From the NCBI GenBank assembly GCA_031365905.1, contig JANLYZ010000187.1, forward strand, positions 1 to 63,618: a stretch of 63,618 bases of DNA, in the 5' to 3' direction. This stretch comes from Chloracidobacterium sp. Its GTDB lineage: Bacteria > Acidobacteriota > Blastocatellia > Pyrinomonadales > Pyrinomonadaceae. Position numbers and translations under genes: made by a program. This document shows positions 53,993-61,954 of this stretch, piece after piece (position 1 is the stretch's first letter; each line of letters opens with the position of its first letter). The notes beneath the pieces are model-generated. The model did not search any database. It was not told the DNA's origin and saw only the letters and a program-made list of their open reading frames with translations.

Positions 53993-54262
53993 TTAGTCGT
54001 TATTTTTCTTCGGCGAGCCATAGAGGTAATGGTCGTGTTGCTCCGCACCATCGGCTGGTAACTTCTCCCATTCTTCGCGCGGAATCTGAGAACTGATCTC
54101 TTCGACGATCTCCCAAAGCGGGCGCACGGCAACACGACTTTGCGTCGTCTCGTTTTCCGACAGCATCTCCTCAACCAAAGACAACACCCGCTGCTGCTTC
54201 TCTGGCGGCAGTGCCTTTACCTTTTCTTGAATTGTGTTTTCGAGACTAGCAGCCATTGCCAT
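53993..54262 (-). CDS. Small antitoxin-like hypothetical protein (orphan)
   Basis: 89 aa. KVKALPPEKQQRVLSLVEEML resembles addiction-module-component N-termini, and the C-terminal HDHYLYGSPKK tail resembles small antitoxin-like proteins. No partner ORF lies adjacent. Confidence 0.35.
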   Translation of the reverse strand: MAMAASLENTIQEKVKALPPEKQQRVLSLVEEMLSENETTQSRVAVRPLWEIVEEISSQIPREEWEKLPADGAEQHDHYLYGSPKKNND

Positions 54263-54303
54263 GAATTACCTTTGGCTTGAATTCTAACATACGACCCCGC
54301 TCT

Positions 54304-56247
54304 TCAATCCAGCTTGAACTCGCTCTTCCAATCCGTCTTCTCTGCCAACTTCGGCTGGTTCTGCTTATCAAGCACGCACGTTTCCAGCACCAGAAAATCC
54401 ATTTCCGTTCGCATGAAGCAGCGATAACTATCCGCGGGCGTGCAGACGATCGGCTCGCCACGCACGTTGAAGCTTGTGTTCACAACCACCGGACAACCAG
54501 TTTTCCTGCCGAAGGCTGCGATGATTTCCCAGTAGAGTGGATTTGTCTCGCGCCGGACTGTTTGAATTCGCGCCGAGTAGTCAACATGAGTGACGGCCGG
54601 AATTTCTGAACGCTTCACCAGCAACTTCTCAATGCCCCAAAGTTTTTCTTCTTCGGGGCTCATCTTGCGGCGTTGCGACTCGGCCACGTCGGCTACCAGC
54701 AACATGTATGGACTATCCGTGTCGAGTTCAAACCAGTCAGCCACTTGTTCGCGCAAGACACTGGGCGCAAACGGACGAAAGCTCTCGCGATACTTGATCT
54801 TCAAATTCATCGCTGACTGCATTTCCGGCGAGCGCGGATCGCCTATGATGCTGCGACCGCCGAGCGCGCGCGGGCCAAACTCCATGCGGCCCTGATGCAG
54901 CCCGATAATTTTTCCGGCGGCAAGTAAATCGGCAACTACGACCGGCAATTCTGCGAGCGAATATTTCTTGTACGGCAAGCTTTGCGACTGCAAAAACTTT
55001 TCGATCTCGTCTTCGGTGTCGCGCGGACCGAGATATGAACCCTTCATGCCATCCGCATAGGCAGCGAGAGTTCGCTCGCCGTTCCGCTTAACGTCGCCCT
55101 GCGTCGCCCACGTTCCGGCGGCTTCTGGACTGACGCGCGCATTTCCCAAATAGCGATGCCAGATGGCCAGCGCGATTCCGAGCGCCCCGCCCGCGTCACC
55201 CGCTGCCGGTTGAATCCAAATATCTTCGAAAGGCACTTCACGCAAGACTCGACCGTTGGCTACACAGTTCAGCGCCACGCCGCCTGCCATACAAAGTTTT
55301 TTCATCCCAGTTTCTTTGTGGGCAAACTGCGTCATCTTCAACATCACTTCTTCGGTGATCACCTGAATGCTGCGTGCCAGGTCCATCTCTTTCTGCGTCA
55401 CCAGCGACTCCGGCTGGCGCGGCGGACCGCCGAAGAGTTTCGCGAAAGCTGTATTTGTCATGCGCAGGCCCTGAGAATAGCTGAAGTATTCGTGGTTCAT
55501 CCGGAGGCTGCCGTCGTCGCGCACTTCCAGCAGTTTGTCTTTGATAAGCGCGACGTACTTTGGTTCGCCGTAGGGAGCGAGGCCCATCACTTTGTATTCG
55601 CCGCTGTTGACGCGGAATCCGGTGTAGTAAGTAAACGCGCTGTAGAGCAGGCCGAGGCTGTCGGGAAACCGCAGCTCCTTCAACAGCGTGATTTCGTTTC
55701 CCTTGCCTATGCCCAATGAACTCGTGGCCCACTCGCCAACGCCGTCGATCGTGAGAATTGCGGCCTCCTCGAAAGGCGACGGGTAAAACGCGCTGGCAGC
55801 ATGGCTCTCATGATGATCGCCAAACAGCAACTTCCACTCAAACTTTTTTCCGAGTTTCTTGGCCGCGCGCTCATCTTCTTCGCCGGCTTCGAATCCGGCC
55901 TTCGCCAGTTCAGTGCGAATCAGATCAGGCATCCAAAGCTTTTCCCTCATCCAGAGCGGTAATGCTTTGAGAAAGGAACTGAAACCGGAAGGGGCGTAAT
56001 CGAGATAGGTTTCGAGCAGACGATCGAATTTCAGGAGCGGCTTGTCGTAGAAGCCTACATAGTCGAGGTCGTTGGCGGTGAGGTTAGCTTCGCCGAGACA
56101 ATAGCGCGCGGCGTTCACAGGAAAATTGTGATCATGCTTGACGCGGGTAAATCTTTCTTCCTGCGCCGCCGCCACGATTTCGCCATCGACAACGAGGCAC
56201 GCAGCGGAATCGTGATAGAAGGCCGAGATGCCTAGAATGCTTACCAA
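54304..56247 (-). CDS. Carbamoyltransferase (NodU/CmcH/SxtI family)
   Basis: VSILGISAFYHDSAACLVVDGEIVAAAQEERFTRVKHD, then GGVALNCVANG, and a C-terminal VDYSARIQTV ... VVNTSFNVRGEPIVCTP. I set the start at the TTG at 56247 (GGAGA RBS). The track start at 56325 adds an Arg/Cys/Trp-rich extension that overlaps the small upstream ORF. Confidence 0.9.
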   Translation of the reverse strand: MVSILGISAFYHDSAACLVVDGEIVAAAQEERFTRVKHDHNFPVNAARYCLGEANLTANDLDYVGFYDKPLLKFDRLLETYLDYAPSGFSSFLKALPLWMREKLWMPDLIRTELAKAGFEAGEEDERAAKKLGKKFEWKLLFGDHHESHAASAFYPSPFEEAAILTIDGVGEWATSSLGIGKGNEITLLKELRFPDSLGLLYSAFTYYTGFRVNSGEYKVMGLAPYGEPKYVALIKDKLLEVRDDGSLRMNHEYFSYSQGLRMTNTAFAKLFGGPPRQPESLVTQKEMDLARSIQVITEEVMLKMTQFAHKETGMKKLCMAGGVALNCVANGRVLREVPFEDIWIQPAAGDAGGALGIALAIWHRYLGNARVSPEAAGTWATQGDVKRNGERTLAAYADGMKGSYLGPRDTEDEIEKFLQSQSLPYKKYSLAELPVVVADLLAAGKIIGLHQGRMEFGPRALGGRSIIGDPRSPEMQSAMNLKIKYRESFRPFAPSVLREQVADWFELDTDSPYMLLVADVAESQRRKMSPEEEKLWGIEKLLVKRSEIPAVTHVDYSARIQTVRRETNPLYWEIIAAFGRKTGCPVVVNTSFNVRGEPIVCTPADSYRCFMRTEMDFLVLETCVLDKQNQPKLAEKTDWKSEFKLD

Positions 56248-56260
56248 GGATCGTCTCCGT

Positions 56261-56419
56261 CTAGAACAAGGTGTAGATGAACGGAGCGATGGCGGAACTC
56301 TTGGCCAACACCAGCAACGCGCCAACCAACACGAGTGTGATCACAATCGGTGCCAGCCAATATTTCTTGTTCTCTCTCATGAACTGCCAGAGTTCACTGA
56401 CAACCTGTACTTTTGACAT
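56261..56419 (-). CDS. DUF5989/SxtK-like small membrane protein (52 aa, below the ORF-track cutoff)
   Basis: Manual translation: MSKVQVVSELWQFMRENKKYWLAPIVITLVLVGALLVLAKSSAIAPFIYTLF. AAGGAG RBS 5 nt upstream. The KKYWL-TM-APFIYTLF pattern matches the small proteins found beside carbamoyltransferases. Confidence 0.75.
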   Translation of the reverse strand: MSKVQVVSELWQFMRENKKYWLAPIVITLVLVGALLVLAKSSAIAPFIYTLF

Positions 56420-56437
56420 CTCAACTCCTTGAATCAC

Positions 56438-56836
56438 TCAATACATTTTTTCGTAGTGGCGCGGATCGCGTTGCCGTTCAGCATAAGGCTGCCAGTAAGA
56501 ATCGCGGCGGGCAGCCCGACGACTAAGTGGATCCCAACCCGAAAGTCGTTTTATGATTCCGATCGGAGTTACCACTAAAAAGAACACCACCCCGAGGATA
56601 ATGCGAGTGGTTACAAACGACATTCCCTCGGCCAACAACATCCAGGCTTTGTTTGGTAATACCAAAGCTCTTGGCCAAATTAGTCCCAGCAGAACCAGCA
56701 ACGCGCCGAGCGGCAAAGCAACGTGCGCAGCGGTTGCAAACTTGCCTCGATAAAGCCACCACGAGCCCAGCAAAACAAAAACTCCGCCGACCACCAACCC
56801 AAACTCTCGTTCTACTCGAAATGGTTTTCTTTTCAT
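56438..56836 (-). CDS. SxtJ-like membrane protein
   Basis: 132 aa. REFGLVVGGVFVLLGSWWLYR plus two further TM segments and a basic tail. Positioned upstream of the DUF5989-like ORF and the carbamoyltransferase. Confidence 0.65.
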   Translation of the reverse strand: MKRKPFRVEREFGLVVGGVFVLLGSWWLYRGKFATAAHVALPLGALLVLLGLIWPRALVLPNKAWMLLAEGMSFVTTRIILGVVFFLVVTPIGIIKRLSGWDPLSRRAARRDSYWQPYAERQRDPRHYEKMY

Positions 56837-56852
56837 AGCTCCGGGAGCAACA

Positions 56853-56884
56853 AAGCCTGCTCCAAAATCTCTGCGAGCAGGCTT
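56853..56884. other. Intercistronic 9-bp stem-loop
   Basis: aagcctgct-(14 nt)-agcaggctt, located between the Wzc-like stop (56983) and the SxtJ-like start (56836). Confidence 0.6.
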
Positions 56885-56982
56885 CGAAAACGGACCTTGA
56901 TCAGCAAGTGATGCCTGAACCTAAACTAACATCGATCCCGAACGATGCCGGAGATCGCAACAAGCTTGGACGACAACAAACC

Positions 56983-59355
56983 TCAGCTAGTGCCTGGCGT
57001 TTGTCCCGGCGCGCTAGCGGGGTTGTCACCCTCCTCGTACTCATTAGCTGAGTAGTAGCCCGAATAATAGTAATCCTGGGTCTCGACTTTCACGTTGTTG
57101 AGCACCACGCCAAAGATGTGTGCGCCGACGTCAAGCAACTGTTGCTTCGCGCGACGGACCACCGCGCGGGAACTTCTGCCGCCGTGAACAACCAGCACGA
57201 CGCCGTCAACCATCGTTGAAAGAATCGACGCGTCGGTAAACGATATCGCCGGTGGCGAGTCGATTACGACGTGGGCAAAGCGCTCGGTCAACAGGCCCAA
57301 GAGCCGGCGCATTTCGTCTGAACCCAAAAGCTCCGCGGGATTTGGGGGCACTGGGCCGGACGTCAGAAACTTGAGATTGGCGAGCGGCCCATAGCTCTGC
57401 ATCAATCCATCGATGTCTGTTTCGCCCGATAGCCAGTTGGTTAACCCGCGGGTGTTCGGAGCGCCAAAATGAGCGTGCAACCGCGGTCGTCGCAGATCGC
57501 AATCGATCAGCAGAACTTCGGCGCCGGTTTGCGCCAGCATGAAGGCCGTGTTGATAGCGGTCGTCGTCTTGCCTTCTGACGGCTGACTCGAGGTCACGAG
57601 GATCGTCTTCGGTGGTTGACCGGCGGACGAAAGTAAAAGCGACGTTCGCAAGTGCCGGTAAGACTCAGCAATCGGAGAACGTGCGTCGCTGATCATGGCG
57701 AGCGCGGTTGTTTCAGAGGGCGCGGGCCCCTGAGGGGATCCGCCCAGGCCAATCAGGCGACCGCGATCGCGGCCTGCCGGAATCAATGCCAGCGCCGGAA
57801 TGTGCAGGTAGCGATCCACGTCCTCAACCGATTTGATCGTGTCATCAAGGAAATCAAGCAGGAAGGCCAGACCGATGCCAGCGACCAGTGACAATAGGAA
57901 CGCGACAAAAATATTCCGGAACCGCTGTGGCCCAATTGGCTCACGCGGCAAGCGACTGTAGGTGGCGATGCTGACTTCGTTTGATCTGTCGCCGTTAGTC
58001 ACTTGAAACTCGCGCTGGCGTTGTAACAGCGTGTTTAGAATCTGGCGGTTGGTTTCCAGTTCCTGAGTCATCGCCAGCAAATCGATCTGGTCGCGCGTCT
58101 GCTGCGTGGTCGCGCCCTTTTGCTGTTCGTATGAACGTCGCAGCAGGTTTTCCTGCGCCACCGCTGCCTCGTAACGCCGCTGTAGCGCGGTCACGATTTC
58201 GCGCGGCGCGTTATCGAGCTCGCCTTCAAGCCCTTTCAATTGAGCATCAATCTTCTTAACTTCCGGCCACTCCGGTGTGTAAATAATCAGCAAGGCGTCG
58301 CGCTTCTCTTTGAGCGCCGAGATGCGATCCCTCAGCTTCTCGACTCTGGCTGAGGTGTTAACGTCAGGAATCGAAAGCTTATCTTTTTCTCTCCGGGCCG
58401 CCTCGAGTTGGGCCTGAAGATCCTTGCGAGCGTTTTCGGCGATCAACAACTGGCCGCTGAGCGTGGCCAGGCGAGTGGCCTCGAGGTTTCCCGCCGTGTC
58501 GTTAACCAGCGGTAAATTTTTGTCTTTCGCGTAATTAAATCGCGCTTCCTGATCGTGCTTTATTTTGGTTTGCAAGTTTGCGATCTCGCGCGCCAGAAGA
58601 TCTTCAGCCTTGGTTGAGTGCTCGGTTGAGCGTTCCAGATTGTTGTTGACGAATACGTCCGCGAGCGTGTTGGCAATCTTCTGCGCCAGTTGGGGATCAG
58701 AATGAATGAACCTAATCTTCACGAGATTAGTTTGTGGAACCGACTCGACAAGTTCGCCGCCAATGATGGCGTCTTCGTAAGGTTCCAGTTGCGCCAACTG
58801 TTCCGGCGTCAACGAACCTCCAGTTACTTCACTCTCTCCAACTACCGTAAGACCAGGGGAAATCGCGGGCGACTCATTTACTTTCTTAGGCTTTGACACG
58901 ATGCGACGAAGCGATGCGAAGACGCCGCCTTGCGCCTGTCCACCAAAGAAGGCCGGATTGTGTTGCAGGTCCAAAGTGAGAACCACCTGACGCGCGAGCG
59001 CGGGGTTCTCCAGAAGTTTTAATTGTGTGCCCCAGAAGTTTGGATCCTGCTGGCCAGCGATCACGATCTCTTTCGTTTGCAGAACGTTGGGCGCCTTTTG
59101 TTCGATGCGGATGACCGCTTCTCCGGCGTAAATCGAAGGCGCGCGAAACGCCTGGATGGTGACCAGCGAAGTAACTACCAGCACCAGGCTGAGAATCAAC
59201 CACTTCCTTTTTAGTACGACGAATAAGTAGTCGCGGAAGGTCGTGGGTTCCAGTCCGGAAGTGCCATACGGTTTTGCGGCAGCAAAGTCCCCCAGCGGTC
59301 GATCGATGCTGCGATCGAGTGCGCCTACTGGCATGAGCCGATTATCTTGAGACAT
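56983..59355 (-). CDS. Wzc/GumC-type polysaccharide co-polymerase fused to a BY-tyrosine kinase
   Basis: 790 aa. Wzz-type N-terminus (FRDYLFVVLKRKWLILSL), a coiled-coil region, Walker A in VTSSQPSEGKTTTAINTAFMLAQ, VLLIDCDLRRP, VVIDSPP, and a Tyr-rich tail (QDYYYSGYYSANEY). Confidence 0.9.
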   Translation of the reverse strand: MSQDNRLMPVGALDRSIDRPLGDFAAAKPYGTSGLEPTTFRDYLFVVLKRKWLILSLVLVVTSLVTIQAFRAPSIYAGEAVIRIEQKAPNVLQTKEIVIAGQQDPNFWGTQLKLLENPALARQVVLTLDLQHNPAFFGGQAQGGVFASLRRIVSKPKKVNESPAISPGLTVVGESEVTGGSLTPEQLAQLEPYEDAIIGGELVESVPQTNLVKIRFIHSDPQLAQKIANTLADVFVNNNLERSTEHSTKAEDLLAREIANLQTKIKHDQEARFNYAKDKNLPLVNDTAGNLEATRLATLSGQLLIAENARKDLQAQLEAARREKDKLSIPDVNTSARVEKLRDRISALKEKRDALLIIYTPEWPEVKKIDAQLKGLEGELDNAPREIVTALQRRYEAAVAQENLLRRSYEQQKGATTQQTRDQIDLLAMTQELETNRQILNTLLQRQREFQVTNGDRSNEVSIATYSRLPREPIGPQRFRNIFVAFLLSLVAGIGLAFLLDFLDDTIKSVEDVDRYLHIPALALIPAGRDRGRLIGLGGSPQGPAPSETTALAMISDARSPIAESYRHLRTSLLLSSAGQPPKTILVTSSQPSEGKTTTAINTAFMLAQTGAEVLLIDCDLRRPRLHAHFGAPNTRGLTNWLSGETDIDGLMQSYGPLANLKFLTSGPVPPNPAELLGSDEMRRLLGLLTERFAHVVIDSPPAISFTDASILSTMVDGVVLVVHGGRSSRAVVRRAKQQLLDVGAHIFGVVLNNVKVETQDYYYSGYYSANEYEEGDNPASAPGQTPGTS

Positions 59356-59443
59356 CTGGATTTAGACCTCAAATTCAGGACAGTTCATAAGATAGGGGAA
59401 TAATAACAGACGCCTGAAATGAGGCAAGCTCGCGGCAGCCAGT

Positions 59444-60316
59444 CTAGCTTTTCGTGGCCACTTCGCTGCGCGGCTCCAGGGCGGCAAATCTGCGCAGGGC
59501 ATCCTGCCAATTTGGAAGCGGGACCAAGCCAAGCGCCTCCGATAGTACACACTTGAGGCGCGAATTACGCGGCCGCGGCGCCGGTCGCTGGAGACTATCC
59601 ATCTCTATGCTCTCCAGATTTGTCGCCGACTGACCACTAAAATCCAAGGCCGCGCGGGCAAACTCCTCGTAACTGACGCCGGATCCGGCATTCACCGTGT
59701 GAAAAGTTCCTGGCAAATCCAGTTGAGCCAACTCGCGCAAGCGCCCGGCCAGGTCAGGCGCGTACGACGGCGTTCCGTAGGCATCTCGGATTGCGCTCAG
59801 CTTTTCGCCGCGCCGGCCACGTTCAATGATCGTACTCAGGAAATTGGTGCCGCCGAGACCGAAAACAAATCCAGTTCGAACCACGATCGTCCGCGCGTGG
59901 GCCAACTGCGCACGTCGCTCGCCTTCAAGCTTTGAGAGACCATAAATACTCTCCGGAGTTGGCTGATCTCGTTGGGTGTAAAAGCCCTCTTTCCTGCCGT
60001 CGAAAACGTAGTCGGTCGAAATGGTTATTAGAACAGCATCCACTTCGCCACTAGCGCGCGCCAGATTTTCGGGCCCGGCAGCGTTTACCTCGAAAGCTCG
60101 TCCCCGGTTGAGTTCGCAGCCATCAACGTCAGTCCACGCGGCACAGTTGATGACCACATCCGGGCGAGCACGTTGCAGCGTCTCGGTAACGCTATCAGCA
60201 TCGCTGACATCGAGACCCTGGTGATCGTAGACGAAAACAAGATCGCCAGTTGAACGGCAATACTCGCTGACTGCTCGTCCCACCATCCCACCGGCGCCGG
60301 TCACTAAGACTTTCAA
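59444..60316 (-). CDS. rfbD: dTDP-4-dehydrorhamnose reductase
   Basis: LKVLVTGAGGMVGRAV and VVINCAAWTDVDGCE. I set the start at the TTG at 60316 (GGAGGTG RBS, TTGA overlap with the rfbB stop). The track start at 60460 overlaps rfbB. Confidence 0.85.
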   Translation of the reverse strand: MKVLVTGAGGMVGRAVSEYCRSTGDLVFVYDHQGLDVSDADSVTETLQRARPDVVINCAAWTDVDGCELNRGRAFEVNAAGPENLARASGEVDAVLITISTDYVFDGRKEGFYTQRDQPTPESIYGLSKLEGERRAQLAHARTIVVRTGFVFGLGGTNFLSTIIERGRRGEKLSAIRDAYGTPSYAPDLAGRLRELAQLDLPGTFHTVNAGSGVSYEEFARAALDFSGQSATNLESIEMDSLQRPAPRPRNSRLKCVLSEALGLVPLPNWQDALRRFAALEPRSEVATKS

Positions 60317-61338
60317 CTCGCGCCCACCTCCGCACCGTATTGTTCGCGGTAATAATCCTGGTAGGCTCCGCTGCGCGTTCGTTCGAGCCAACGACTGTTC
60401 TGCCGATACCACGCAATTGTTTTTTGTAAACCTGTTTCCCAGGTCTCGCGCGGTTGCCAACCCAATTCCAACTCAATCAGAGAAGGATCAATTGCGTAGC
60501 GGCGATCATGTCCCGGGCGGTCCTTGACGAAGCGTATTAGCGAGCGAGGCTTGCCCACCGTTTCGAGCAATGACCCGACAACGTCGAGGTTGCGACGTTC
60601 GTTGCGGGCGCCGACGTTGTAAACCGCTCCCGGCCTGCCTTTTTCCAGCGCCAGCAATATCGCCCGGCAATGATCTTCAACGTAGATCCAGTCTCGTACG
60701 TTTTGCCCGTCTCCGTAGACTGGAATTGCCTGGTCGTTGAGCGCGTTGGACAACACGAGCGGAAGAAATTTTTCCGGAAATTGGCGCGGCCCGTAGTTGT
60801 TGCCGCAGCGCGTTATCACCGTGTCGAGCCCGAACGTGTGATGTGCGGCCCGCACCAGATGTTCGGCGGCCGCTTTCGAAGCGGCGTAGGGACTGTTTGG
60901 CGCGAAGGGAGAATCTTCGGTGAAGAATGCCTCCTCGTTTTCGGGCAAGCTGCCCATGACTTCGTCAGTCGAAACTTGAACGAAGCGGGTAACGCCGCGG
61001 GCGCGAGCCGCATCGAGCAACACTTGCGTGCCCACGATGTTGGTGGTCAAAAACTCCGCCGCATTTGCAATACTACGATCCACGTGCGATTCGGCGGCAA
61101 AGTTAACGATAGCGTAGGCACCTTCGTCGAGAGCGGCTAGTACGGCTTCGGGCTCGGCAATGTTGCCGTGAACGAAACGATGACGCGTCTCGTCCAGATC
61201 CTCCAGATTGTCTAGATTTCCGGCATAGGTTAGGGCGTCAAAGTTCACAATCTTCCAAGCGCTGGTTTCCTCCAGCAACATTCGGACGAATGCTGAACCA
61301 ATGAACCCCGCCCCCCCAGTAACAAAGATTTCGCGCAT
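60313..61338 (-). CDS. rfbB: dTDP-glucose 4,6-dehydratase
   Basis: MREIFVTGGAGFIGSAFV, STDEV and YAASKAAAEHLV (YxxxK). The ATG at 61338 is preferred over the TTG at 61350, but either is possible. Confidence 0.9.
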   Translation of the reverse strand: MREIFVTGGAGFIGSAFVRMLLEETSAWKIVNFDALTYAGNLDNLEDLDETRHRFVHGNIAEPEAVLAALDEGAYAIVNFAAESHVDRSIANAAEFLTTNIVGTQVLLDAARARGVTRFVQVSTDEVMGSLPENEEAFFTEDSPFAPNSPYAASKAAAEHLVRAAHHTFGLDTVITRCGNNYGPRQFPEKFLPLVLSNALNDQAIPVYGDGQNVRDWIYVEDHCRAILLALEKGRPGAVYNVGARNERRNLDVVGSLLETVGKPRSLIRFVKDRPGHDRRYAIDPSLIELELGWQPRETWETGLQKTIAWYRQNSRWLERTRSGAYQDYYREQYGAEVGAS

Positions 61339-61954
61339 TTTAGTGGTCAATTTTTAGCCACCCCGTGGAGTCACAAAAACTACTGATAAGAGCCATAGTA
61401 AATACAAAATGCCAGTTAGCAAAGGCGCCCATAGCATGCAAGCGCTTTTGTAATATTCTGTTGACTTCTCAGTTGAAATGGTCTATTACACCGTCCTCTG
61501 TTTTATGGCGATAGGTTCAAGCGACCCAATGGGTCGGGATTTTAAGGATTAATTTTGGTCTTTCTAAGATGTCCAACGAAGCCCTTTCCCACGGCTTTCA
61601 GTTGCGATCGTAACTTACGCCCTGGCCCAGAGATCCCTGCAACAACTGAGAGGACGCCCAGCGCCTAACTATTTAGTTAACATTCTATTTTCATTTGGCG
61701 TAGCATCGCCAATTCTGCGAAACACCGGCAAGTTAAGTTCGCACAAACCGCGAACTTGAAATAGAGACGCCCCCAATGAAAGTCTGCCGCGCCCCCATTT
61801 GCATTTCGTGTCGTCCGTACCCTGAGTCTGGTATCCGCCATACCAGTCTGAACCCCACCACAATTTCCAAAACCGTATCACTGTTTTCATCATCATCGGA
61901 ATCGTTTCCCAGCGGGTCACGAACTCGGTGTTTGAACAACTAAGGAGTCCATAA

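Noticed and set aside
59491-59515. gcagggcatcctgcc inside rfbD as another copy of the REP-like palindrome.
   Set aside because: It is only a partial match, it cannot form the stem, and it lacks the gcgctccc tail. The resemblance is probably coincidental within the coding sequence.
61490-61550. tRNA-like T-loop string ggttcaagcgaccc in the rfbB upstream region.
   Set aside because: The flanking bases do not form a T-stem (ATAGG versus GACCC are not complementary). No acceptor, D or anticodon arms can be drawn.
61669-61939. Minus-strand ORFs 61669..61920 and 61733..61939 in the A/T-rich spacer.
   Set aside because: They mutually overlap, have no RBS and have odd composition (Trp/Cys/Met-rich). 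They sit where the promoter or leader of the 61955 gene is expected.
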